Shown here: positions 42,768 through 51,145 of the stretch, piece by piece
Numbering within the stretch: position 1 is the first letter of the stretch
Layout: the number at the start of each line of letters is the position of its first letter
Origin: an uncultured Eubacteriales bacterium
GTDB lineage: Bacteria > Bacillota > Clostridia > Christensenellales > CAG-917
Reading direction: 5' to 3'
Assembly: GCA_900547975.1 (NCBI GenBank)
Contig: URIX01000003.1
Span: 17,867-81,866 of the forward strand
DNA: 64,000 nt
Translations under genes and position numbers: made by a program
The notes under the pieces: generated by a model
Told to the model about the DNA's origin: nothing
Databases searched by the model: none
The model's input: the letters and a program-made list of their open reading frames with translations, nothing else

Positions 42768-44441
42768 TTATTCTGCGGAAATTATGTAGAAATAATGCGG
42801 TTGTCCGCCCGCATAGCAAGCGGTTTCGAGCCAGTCGAATTCTTCCGAAACCTTTTGGACGAGCGCGTTTGCCTCGTCTTCCGATACGTCTTTGCCGTAA
42901 TAAAGCGTGAGCATATCCTTGTCTTTTGCGATTTTTCTTATCGTATCGAGAGTGGTTTCTTCTATGCTTTGACTCTTTGCGACGATTTTCTTTTCGCAAA
43001 TGCCGATTATATCGCCTTCTTTAACGGAAAATCTGTTCATACGAGTGGAACGAACGGCGTGCGTAATTTCGGCACAAGTCACGTTTTGCATAGCAACGCA
43101 CATATTTTCGTAATTATCCTCGGGCGTGGAATCGGAATCGAACGCAAGCGAAGCGGAAATACCTTCGGGCATATTCGTCGTCGGAATGACGTACACTTCG
43201 GCTTTTGCGAGTTCTTTTGCCTGATTTGCGGCAAGAATGATGTTAGAATTGTTTGGCAGAACGAAAACGTTTTTCGCTTTTGCGTCATTGATCGCTTTGA
43301 GAATGTCGTCGACGCTCGGATTCATAGTCTGACCGCCCTCGACCACGGTATCCACCATCAAATCTTTGAATATGTTTGCCATACCTTCACCCGAGCAAAT
43401 AGAAATCATAGCGTATTCTTTGAGTTCTTCTTCCTTGTCGGGCTTGTCGTTTGCATGGATTTTGCGGTTTTGTTCGAGCATATTCTCGATTTTCACGCCG
43501 TCGAGTTCGCCGAGTCCCAAAGCCGCTTTCAACGCTCTGTCGGGATGATTGGTATGAACGTGAGTCTTCACAAGGTCGGTATCGCCGATGACGAGCACGC
43601 AATCGCCGATTGTCATAAGATAATCTCTGTATTTGTTGATTGCTGCCGTCGTAACTTCGTTTTTGAGGTGCGTAATAAAATACTCCGTACAATACTGGAA
43701 CGTAATATGTTCGTAGTCGTTTTCGAGCGGGTCGAATTCCTCGCTCGGCGCGGCGAGCGGCGCGCTTTCTTCGGTTGCGACTTTACCGCCGCTGATAAGC
43801 ACGAGTTCCTCGCCGATAAGCGTGCGATACATACCGTCGAACACCGTAACGAGGCCTCTGCCGCCTGCGTCCACGACGCCCGCTTTTTTGAGCACGGGAA
43901 GCATATCGGGGGTTCTTTGCAGAATTTCCTCACCCGCGTCTATAACACGTTTAAGGAAGGATTCGAAATCGATTTTTTTGCCTTTAGACGCGATTTGCGC
44001 TTCTTCGGCCATTGCTCTGACAACGGTCAGAATCGTGCCTTCTTTGGGCTTCGTAACCGCGCTGTACGCAATTTCCGTACCTTTTTTCAAACACTCTGCG
44101 AACGTTTTGGGCGAGAGGTCGGCTTTGCCTTCGAGAGCAACGGCAAACCCTCTGAAAATTTGGGATGAGATAACTCCCGAATTGCCTCTTGCGCCTTTGA
44201 GCGCGCCTTTGGAGAATGCGAGCGCGATTTCGTCTATGAGCAAAGAACCGCAAGCGTTTGCTTCTCTCACTGCCGACGCGAGCGTGAGCGACATATTCGT
44301 ACCGGTATCGCCGTCGGGAACGGGGAATACGTTGAGTTCGTCAACGATTGCTCTGTTCATTTCGAGAGCCTTTGCGCCGCCTTGCAGCATTTCTTTGAAT
44401 TTTAATCCGTCAATTCTTATCATTTCGTATATACCTATCAC
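42768..44441 (-). CDS. yloV: DAK2-domain protein YloV
   Basis: VFPVPDGDTGTNM DAK2 motif. 557 aa. Syntenic with yloU-rpmB. Start is GTG 44441 (overlapping the yloU stop) or ATG 44423. Confidence 0.88.
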   Translation of the reverse strand: MIGIYEMIRIDGLKFKEMLQGGAKALEMNRAIVDELNVFPVPDGDTGTNMSLTLASAVREANACGSLLIDEIALAFSKGALKGARGNSGVISSQIFRGFAVALEGKADLSPKTFAECLKKGTEIAYSAVTKPKEGTILTVVRAMAEEAQIASKGKKIDFESFLKRVIDAGEEILQRTPDMLPVLKKAGVVDAGGRGLVTVFDGMYRTLIGEELVLISGGKVATEESAPLAAPSEEFDPLENDYEHITFQYCTEYFITHLKNEVTTAAINKYRDYLMTIGDCVLVIGDTDLVKTHVHTNHPDRALKAALGLGELDGVKIENMLEQNRKIHANDKPDKEEELKEYAMISICSGEGMANIFKDLMVDTVVEGGQTMNPSVDDILKAINDAKAKNVFVLPNNSNIILAANQAKELAKAEVYVIPTTNMPEGISASLAFDSDSTPEDNYENMCVAMQNVTCAEITHAVRSTRMNRFSVKEGDIIGICEKKIVAKSQSIEETTLDTIRKIAKDKDMLTLYYGKDVSEDEANALVQKVSEEFDWLETACYAGGQPHYFYIISAE

Positions 44442-44788
44442 ACGCGAATGCCCACCACGTTGACGTGAACGCGTTTTACGCGCATACCCGTAAACGTTTC
44501 AAGCGAAAACTTGACTGCATCCGCAAGGGACTTTTTGACTGCTTCTATATTCACTCCAAGTTTCAAAACGACAAACAACTCGACATAGATAAGGTCATCC
44601 ACAGTCTGGACCAGCGCGCCTTTGCCGAGTTGATTTTTTCCGAGAAGTTGGCTTATATTATCGCTGAAACGGCGTGACACCAAATCCACCACGCCATAAC
44701 AGTCCTGAGCCGAGTGACTTGCGATAATCTGCATAGCCTCATCGCTCACGGAAATTTTGCCAAACTTGTTTGAAGTTGAAAGCGACAT
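44438..44788 (-). CDS. yloU: Asp23/Gls24-family protein YloU
   Basis: GKISVSDEAMQIIASHSAQDCYGVV...VHVNVVGIRV. ATG at 44788 has AAGGAA upstream; the tracked start at 44836 is an extension. Confidence 0.85.
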   Translation of the reverse strand: MSLSTSNKFGKISVSDEAMQIIASHSAQDCYGVVDLVSRRFSDNISQLLGKNQLGKGALVQTVDDLIYVELFVVLKLGVNIEAVKKSLADAVKFSLETFTGMRVKRVHVNVVGIRV

Positions 44789-44863
44789 ATCAATTCCTTT
44801 TTCTAAAATATTACTATATAAGATAATTTTTTGCAACTAAAACACAAATTTTATGCAAATCAG

Positions 44864-44892
44864 TTGCAAAACCTATTTATATTTGTTAGAAT
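44864..44892 (+). promoter_or_regulatory. Candidate sigma-A promoter of rpmB
   Basis: TTGCAA (44864-44869), 17-nt spacer, TAGAAT (44887-44892). AGGAGG RBS precedes ATG 44923. Confidence 0.5.
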
Positions 44893-44922
44893 ATCAATCG
44901 TTCAAATTAGGAGGTACAGTAT

Positions 44923-45114
44923 ATGTCCAGAGTTTGTAGTGTATGCGGAAAAGGCAGAATGAGCGGCAACGCAGTCAGCCACAGCAACAGAAAGACCAGA
45001 CGCAGTTGGGCGCCCAACGTTCAAAAAGTCAAAGTCAATACACCGACCGGCGGAGTTGAAGAAACTTACGTTTGCACGCATTGTCTTCGTTCCGGCAAAG
45101 TTGACCGTGCGTAA
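44923..45114 (+). CDS. rpmB: 50S ribosomal protein L28
   Basis: [34 protein letters not shown]. Confidence 0.95.
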   Translation: MSRVCSVCGKGRMSGNAVSHSNRKTRRSWAPNVQKVKVNTPTGGVEETYVCTHCLRSGKVDRA

Positions 45115-45145
45115 TTCCTTCTGAATAATGTAGCAATCAACGTTA

Positions 45146-45171
45146 GCCTTCCGAAAGGAAGGCGTTTTTTT
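45146..45171 (+). terminator. Rho-independent terminator of rpmB
   Basis: gccttcc-gaaa-ggaaggc followed by gttttttt. Confidence 0.8.
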
Positions 45172-45226
45172 GTTGTAAAAAACTATGTTTTTCGCTACGG
45201 CGAAAACGGATTTTAACTTCTTGTAT

Positions 45227-45313
45227 TCACTTCTTCTCTTTGTCTTTTTTCACAAAGAGTTTAAGGATTGCTTTGACGAATTTAGGCGGATTTACGCAAA
45301 TGATTTTGTTCAT
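45227..45313 (-). CDS. spoVM: 28-aa SpoVM-like sporulation micro-protein (not in the ORF track)
   Basis: My translation: MNKIICVNPPKFVKAILKLFVKKDKEKK, with GAGGTG RBS. Amphipathic and basic, with the PKF motif seen in B. subtilis SpoVM (MKFYTIKLPKFLGGIVRAMLGSFRKD). Same position as spoVM between rpmB and rpe in B. subtilis. Confidence 0.55.
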   Translation of the reverse strand: MNKIICVNPPKFVKAILKLFVKKDKEKK

Positions 45314-45467
45314 ACTTCACCTCGTTTTTTACAAGGTATGAATCTAAAACGCCAAACGTTACAAAGAAAAAACGAACCGCAAAGGATTCGTTTTAATTCA
45401 AATATTTCATAACGATTTATATCGCTTATTTGCTGTCTATCGCATTATTATCGCACCGTAAAGCTTA

Positions 45468-46109
45468 TTAGATATGAAGCGATTCTATCGTTTTTTGCGG
45501 ATTGTCGGACTTAAAAACCGAACTGCCCGCAACCGCTATGTCAACGCCCGCTTCTTTTAGAAGCGCAATGTTTTTCTCGCTTACACCGCCGTCAACTTCG
45601 ATGAGATACTTATATCCGTGTTTTTCGCGCTCTGTTGCGCCGAGTTTGGCTTTTGCAAGGCAAAGCGGCATAAAACTCTGACCGCCGAACCCTGCCTGAA
45701 CGGTCATAATTACGAGCATATCGATTTGACTGAGATAGGGCTTTACGACGTCGAAATCGACGTCTGCATTAACCACCAAACCGCACTTTTTGCCCTTTGA
45801 TTTGATTATATCGAGCGCGCCTTGAACGTCGTCCGACGCGTCGGGGTGAAACGTCACGATGTCCGCCCCCGCGTCGCAAAACTTGCCGACGTACTTTTCG
45901 GGCTTGGTTATCATAAGATGAGCGTCGATAGGCAGAGTCGAGTTTTGTCTGAACGCCTTTATCATCGGCATACCGAAAGTTATATTCGGGACGTAAACAC
46001 CGTCCATAATGTCGGCGTGAATGATGTCCGCGCCCCATTTTTCGATATTCTTGACTTCCGTTGCCATATTGCCGAAATCTGCGGCGAGCATTGACGGTGC
46101 AACCAACAT
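45468..46109 (-). CDS. rpe: Ribulose-phosphate 3-epimerase
   Basis: PSMLAADF, DIMDGVYVPNITFG, MTVQAGFGGQSF. Confidence 0.93.
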   Translation of the reverse strand: MLVAPSMLAADFGNMATEVKNIEKWGADIIHADIMDGVYVPNITFGMPMIKAFRQNSTLPIDAHLMITKPEKYVGKFCDAGADIVTFHPDASDDVQGALDIIKSKGKKCGLVVNADVDFDVVKPYLSQIDMLVIMTVQAGFGGQSFMPLCLAKAKLGATEREKHGYKYLIEVDGGVSEKNIALLKEAGVDIAVAGSSVFKSDNPQKTIESLHI

Positions 46110-46182
46110 AATTTTACCTCTAATTTTTTATACGGATAATACCGTAATATTATTCAAATCTTCCGCAACTGCGGCAATGCCG

Positions 46183-46277
46183 CAATTTCACCCACGCAAA
46201 GCGTGGATATCATCCAAACAAGATTTGGATTTCAACCGAGCGAAGCGAGGATTTCATCCACGCAGTGGATATCGTTT
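46183..46277. repeat. Five phased copies of an 11-bp motif (GGATWTCAWCC) at 22-bp periodicity in the rsgA-rpe spacer
   Basis: caatttcaccc 46183, ggatatcatcc 46205, ggatttcaacc 46227, ggatttcatcc 46249, ggatatcgttt 46267. The spacers form short hairpins (ccacgc-aaa-gcgtgg; ccaaa-caaga-tttgg). Confidence 0.6.
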
Positions 46278-46295
46278 GCGCCTAAAACGCGATTT

Positions 46296-47153
46296 TCAAT
46301 CGTATTGCTTCTCTTTTCTCTCGACAAGTTCTTGATAAATGGTCTTGTATCTCTCGTACCTGCCCTCACCTATTTCCTTGCCGACGTGCGCTTTTACCGC
46401 GCAATCGGGTTCATCTATATGCGTGCACATATTGAAGCGGCACTCTTTTCTGAACGCTTCCAAATCGTCGAAATAAAGCCTTAGATTTTCGGGCGCAACG
46501 TCCACGGTTTCGAGCATCGAAAATCCGCAAGTATCCACAAAATAAGTCGATTCGCCGATATGGAAAATCTCTGTTTTTCTCGTCGTATTTTTACCACGCT
46601 TTATTTTTTTTGCAAGTTCGCCCACTTCCAGCAAATCGCAATCGAGAATATTGTTGAGAAGCGAACTCTTACCCACCGCCGATTGTCCCGCAAAACAAGC
46701 GGTTTTACCCTTTGCGCAATCCACGATTTTTTTGACGTTTTCGCCCGTTTGCGCGCTACATTCGATTTGCTTTACAATGCCGTCGTATTCGCTCGTATCG
46801 ATTGCTTTAACGTCGCATTTATTCTTGACGAGCACGGGTTCGATACCCTCGACGAGGCAGTTTACGATAATTTTGTCCACGAGCAGAAAATCGGGTTCGG
46901 GCTCTGGGGCAATCACGATAAAGCATACGTCAACGTTTGAAACGTACGGACGGATAAGGCGATTTTTGCGCGGCTCGACGTTTTCGATGACGAAACTATC
47001 ACGCTCTTTTGCGATTTCAACGTAGTCGCCGACGTAAATCAAGCCGTCATTTTTCAGCCTTTTGCGTGCAAAGCAAACCTTGACGCCCTCGTCGGTGTCA
47101 ACGAAAAACTTTGAAGCGACCGCTTTTATAACTCTGCCTTTGTACGTTTTCAT
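46296..47153 (-). CDS. rsgA: Ribosome small-subunit-dependent GTPase A
   Basis: Circularly permuted GTPase: VKNKCD (G4) precedes GQSAVGKSSLLN (G1). C-terminal Zn cluster C..C.H....C. Confidence 0.9.
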   Translation of the reverse strand: MKTYKGRVIKAVASKFFVDTDEGVKVCFARKRLKNDGLIYVGDYVEIAKERDSFVIENVEPRKNRLIRPYVSNVDVCFIVIAPEPEPDFLLVDKIIVNCLVEGIEPVLVKNKCDVKAIDTSEYDGIVKQIECSAQTGENVKKIVDCAKGKTACFAGQSAVGKSSLLNNILDCDLLEVGELAKKIKRGKNTTRKTEIFHIGESTYFVDTCGFSMLETVDVAPENLRLYFDDLEAFRKECRFNMCTHIDEPDCAVKAHVGKEIGEGRYERYKTIYQELVERKEKQYD

Positions 47154-47277
47154 TCTGCTTTTATGCTTTCGATTTTGCCTTATTTTTCGGATTAAATCCG
47201 CATTTTCTATGTTTTATTTTCGATTTGTTTTAGTTGCTATTTATAGCGCTTTTATGCGAAATATAGCATTTATGCGG

Positions 47278-48333
47278 TTATTTTTCGACGTTTTCGAGGT
47301 ATCTTCTGCGAAGTTGACCGCACGCGCCCTCTATGTCGTTGCCCAGACTTCTGCGTATTGTCGCCGACACTCCGAGTTTTTCGAGTTTATGCAAAAATTC
47401 TTCCGTAGCGTCAACGCTCGGCGCGACGTGATTACGCTCTTTGACCTCGTTGAGCCTTATGAGATTGACGTGCGAGGGAAAGCCTTTCAAGAGCCTTGCG
47501 AGTTCTCTTGCGCAAGCATCCGAGTCGTTTTCTCCCTTTATGAGCGTGTACTCGAATATGACTCTGCGCCCCGTCTTGTCGAAATAGTATCTTGCGCTGT
47601 CCACGAGTTGTTGGACGGAATACGCTCTGTTTACGGGCATAAGCGCGCTTCGCAAATCGTCGAACGGAGCGTGCAGACTTATCGAAAGCGTGACTTTGTG
47701 TCCGCTGTCGGCAAACTTGCGGATTTTGTCGCAAAGCCCCGAAGTGGACAAGGATATATTGCGCTCGCCGATGTTTATTCCGTTTGAATCGCTCACTTTG
47801 TCGAGAAATTCAAGCACGTTGTCGTAGTTGTCGAAAGGTTCGCCGCTTCCCATAAGCACGAGATTGGTCACCGCTCTCGACTTTGCGCTGCCGCCGTTAT
47901 CGCGATTTACGCAAATGACTTGACCGAGCATTTCGGCAGGCGTGAGATTTCTCACGAGTCCGTCGAGGGTCGAAGCGCAGAACGTGCACCCCATACGGCA
48001 GCCTATTTGAGTGGACAGACAAAGCGTATCGCCGTAATCGTGCGGCATATACACGCCCTCGATGAGATTGTCGTCCAAAAGCCTGAACAGATACTTTTTC
48101 GTGCCCGACTTGCCCGTAAACACTTCGAGAACACTCACGGGATTCGCAACGAAATTCTCTTTGAGACGTTCACGCAAATCTTTTTTGAGCGAGGTCATTT
48201 CGTCGAAGTCTTTTCCGTCTTGCAAAAACGAGAAGATTTGCGAAGCGGTATATTTCGGACAATCGGAAACGAGAGAGGCAATTTCCTCTCTGCTAAGTCC
48301 GAGCATAACCGTTTTTTGCGCACTTTCGATCAT
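47278..48333 (-). CDS. rlmN: 23S rRNA/tRNA A-C2 methyltransferase RlmN
   Basis: Radical-SAM CRMGCTFCAS, LMGSGEP, C-terminal ACGQL. Confidence 0.93.
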   Translation of the reverse strand: MIESAQKTVMLGLSREEIASLVSDCPKYTASQIFSFLQDGKDFDEMTSLKKDLRERLKENFVANPVSVLEVFTGKSGTKKYLFRLLDDNLIEGVYMPHDYGDTLCLSTQIGCRMGCTFCASTLDGLVRNLTPAEMLGQVICVNRDNGGSAKSRAVTNLVLMGSGEPFDNYDNVLEFLDKVSDSNGINIGERNISLSTSGLCDKIRKFADSGHKVTLSISLHAPFDDLRSALMPVNRAYSVQQLVDSARYYFDKTGRRVIFEYTLIKGENDSDACARELARLLKGFPSHVNLIRLNEVKERNHVAPSVDATEEFLHKLEKLGVSATIRRSLGNDIEGACGQLRRRYLENVEK

Positions 48334-49610
48334 TTTACCCTCTTCAATTTTGCGATAAAGAATCCGTCGTATTCCTCGTGCGGCAAGATTTGAATCGTGC
48401 CGTCGTTATTTTTATATTTTCCGCCGTCGATACGGTCGAGTCCGTCAATTTTTTCAAGCGTGAAGCCGTCGTTTTTCGCAAGAAAATCGTTTACGACATC
48501 CTCGTTTTCTTCCTTGAAAAGCGTGCAAGTGGAATATACCATTTCCCCGCCGACTTTGAGATATTTTGCGGCGTTCTCGATGATTTTTCGTTGCGTATCG
48601 GCAAGTTCTCCGATGCATTTTTCGTCCTTATTCAAGAACACGTCGGGGTGCTTTTTGAATGTCCCCAGACACGAACACGGCGCGTCGCAAAGCACGAAAT
48701 CGAAAGAATCCTTCCATTCGTCTTTAAGAACGCAAGCGTCGGCTTGAATTGCCTTTACGTTGGGAGTATGCATACGGTTTTTGTACTTTTGAATGAGCGC
48801 GACTCTGTGCGGATATAGGTCGCACGCCGTGATTTTGCCGTGCGGACAAATCTCGCTCATATATACCGCTTTTCCGCCCGGTGCGGAACATATATCGAGA
48901 ACTTGCGCCCCGTCCGTAACGTTCAAAGACTGCACTGCGAGCATACTCGACGGCGATTGAAACGTCACGAGACCTTTGTCGAACAAATGCTTCACGCAAT
49001 CCGTCGCTTTGACGATATAGCCGCCGACATCGCTCTTTTTGAACTCGACCTTGTTCTTTTTGAGCAAAAATTCGACGTCGCTCGGCGTTGCCATTCGGGT
49101 GTTTATGCGGATATGTTCGAGCGTATCGCTTTTTGCGGATATAATCTCGATTGTCTTTTCTTTGCCGTATTGCATAGCGAGTTTATCGCAAAACCATTTC
49201 GGTTTCGAGTAGGTCACCGAAAAATAGCAATCGTCACTTTCACTCGGAAGCGTAAACTTGTTGTCCGCTACTTTTTTTAGAACGGCGTTTACAAATCCGC
49301 TTGCGCCGCCTTTACCGTTTGATTTTGCGACTTCCACGCACTCGCTGACGATTGCGAATTTAGGCACGTCCGTGAGATTGCAAAGCGCGTACGTCCCGAT
49401 TTTCAAGAGCGTAAGAACGGATTTTTGCGGTTTTTTCTCGACGAGTTGATTGAGGATATACTCGATTTTCACATTTTCTTCGAGAGTGCCGTACACTAGC
49501 CTCGTGGACATATCGCTCACGCGCTCGCCAAGGAACGCCATATTGCTGTACGTTCCCTCTTGAAACACTTTTGATAGTATTTTGTATGCGCTGTCGATAT
49601 GTTTTCTCAT
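48330..49610 (-). CDS. rsmB: 16S rRNA m5C967 methyltransferase
   Basis: DICSAPGGKA, DAPCS, YSTCT motifs. 4-nt overlap with rlmN. Confidence 0.9.
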   Translation of the reverse strand: MRKHIDSAYKILSKVFQEGTYSNMAFLGERVSDMSTRLVYGTLEENVKIEYILNQLVEKKPQKSVLTLLKIGTYALCNLTDVPKFAIVSECVEVAKSNGKGGASGFVNAVLKKVADNKFTLPSESDDCYFSVTYSKPKWFCDKLAMQYGKEKTIEIISAKSDTLEHIRINTRMATPSDVEFLLKKNKVEFKKSDVGGYIVKATDCVKHLFDKGLVTFQSPSSMLAVQSLNVTDGAQVLDICSAPGGKAVYMSEICPHGKITACDLYPHRVALIQKYKNRMHTPNVKAIQADACVLKDEWKDSFDFVLCDAPCSCLGTFKKHPDVFLNKDEKCIGELADTQRKIIENAAKYLKVGGEMVYSTCTLFKEENEDVVNDFLAKNDGFTLEKIDGLDRIDGGKYKNNDGTIQILPHEEYDGFFIAKLKRVK

Positions 49611-49664
49611 GCGTTCCTTAATGAAGTTTTCGTTTTATCCTTTATACGCGATTAGTGTGCCGTT

Positions 49665-50603
49665 TCACTCAAATTTAGTGCCGATTTCGACGTTTCTGCC
49701 GAGCAAAAATGCGTTGTCGCTCATACGCTTTCCGCCTTCGAGTTGAATCTCCGAAAGTCTGACAACGCCGTCTGCGACCTTTACGAACAATCCATCTTTC
49801 GCAGAAGATTTCACGACTTGTCCGAACTCGAAAGAATGGATATTTTCGACGTTACAATCCGATTTTTCGACTTTGAAAACTTTGAGCGTTTTGCCCAAAA
49901 CGTGCGTAAACGCCGACGGCCACGGCGACATACCTCTAACGAAGCAATCGATTTGACGAGCGGTTTTTGAAAAATCGATATTGCCGTCCTCTTTGCTTAT
50001 CATCGAGCAATGCGTCGCTTTGCTTTCGTCTTGCGGCACGAACACGGCTTTCCCGCTTTCGACGAGGGAGATTGCCTCGCAAATCGCCTCGCCGCCGAGA
50101 ATTGCGAGCCTGTCGAACAACTCGCCTGCCGTTTCGTCTTTTCCGATAGGTGTTGCTTTTTCAAGCAAAATATCGCCTGCGTCCACCGCCTTTACCGTGC
50201 GCATAACGGTTATTCCGCTCTCATCGTCGCCGTTGATAATCGACCATTGAATGGGCGAAGAACCTCTGTATTTAGGCAAAAGCGAAGCGTGTACGTTGAG
50301 TACGCCGAATCTCGGAATCGCCAAAAATCTTTCGCTCAAAATCTGACCGAACGCCGCGGTAACGACGACGTCGGGATTGAGATTTTCGATGTCGCCTATG
50401 CCGTCTCTCGACACTTTTTCGTACTGCAAAACGGGTATCGAGAGTTCTTGCGCCTTGACTTTGAGCGCAGAGGGTTTGAGTTGGTAGCCGCGCCCGACGG
50501 GCTTGTCGAGACCTGTCACGACTGCGGACACGGGATATACGGAATTAAGTTTTTCAAGCACCGTCGCCGAAAAGTCGGGACTGCCCATAAACACAATTTT
50601 CAT
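49665..50603 (-). CDS. fmt: Methionyl-tRNA formyltransferase
   Basis: MKIVFMGSPDF, NVHASLLPKYRGSSPIQ. Confidence 0.93.
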   Translation of the reverse strand: MKIVFMGSPDFSATVLEKLNSVYPVSAVVTGLDKPVGRGYQLKPSALKVKAQELSIPVLQYEKVSRDGIGDIENLNPDVVVTAAFGQILSERFLAIPRFGVLNVHASLLPKYRGSSPIQWSIINGDDESGITVMRTVKAVDAGDILLEKATPIGKDETAGELFDRLAILGGEAICEAISLVESGKAVFVPQDESKATHCSMISKEDGNIDFSKTARQIDCFVRGMSPWPSAFTHVLGKTLKVFKVEKSDCNVENIHSFEFGQVVKSSAKDGLFVKVADGVVRLSEIQLEGGKRMSDNAFLLGRNVEIGTKFE

Positions 50604-50667
50604 AAATTATTTCTTTGTTTCTTTTTTTGACTATCTATTCGAGGTTTACGCTTTTTCGTAACGTCAT

Positions 50668-51126
50668 TCAGTCTTGCTCGTCGAGCAGTTGTTTGCACTT
50701 CGACGTATACACGATTCCGTCCAAGTGGTCGATTTCGTGACAAAACGCCCTTGCCGTAAAACCTTCGACTTTGTATTTTTGTTCTTTGCCGAACCTGTCG
50801 AGAGCGGTGACTTTCACATTCATCGGGCGGGTCACTTCACCGTACTTTTTGGGCACTGACAAACAGCCTTCGAGTCCCGTTTGCTCTCCGCTTTGCGATG
50901 TTATGACAGGGTTGACGAGTTCAAAATATCCTTCGTCTGTATCAACCACGCACACGCGTTTCAAAACCGCGACTTGCGGCGCGGCAAGACCTGCGCCGTT
51001 TGCGGCTTTTACGGTGTCTTTCATATCGTCGAGCAAAGTCCAAAGTCTTTCGTCGAACTTGTCCACTTCTCTGCATTTTTTCGTCAAAATGGGGTCGGGC
51101 ACTTTGACAATCAATCTTTTTGCCAT
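50668..51126 (-). CDS. def: Peptide deformylase
   Basis: GAGLAAPQV, EGCLS, HEIDHLDG. Confidence 0.93.
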   Translation of the reverse strand: MAKRLIVKVPDPILTKKCREVDKFDERLWTLLDDMKDTVKAANGAGLAAPQVAVLKRVCVVDTDEGYFELVNPVITSQSGEQTGLEGCLSVPKKYGEVTRPMNVKVTALDRFGKEQKYKVEGFTARAFCHEIDHLDGIVYTSKCKQLLDEQD

Positions 51127-51145
51127 ACTTTATATCCTTTCGTGT

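Noticed and set aside
42495-44168. 557-aa + strand ORF (also 24444-25544, 20544-21563, 30390-31403, 18391-19020, 55485-56309 and similar long ORFs)
   Set aside because: These are antisense shadows of well-recognised minus-strand genes (yloV, thiI, miaB, pheT, mutS, yicC). They are F/R/V/C-rich, motif-free and lack RBSs. The opposite strand carries textbook motifs.
45185-45412. Tracked 75-aa + strand ORF after rpmB
   Set aside because: It starts just downstream of the rpmB terminator, has no RBS and is F/L/R-rich. The opposite strand holds a well-initiated SpoVM-like micro-ORF.
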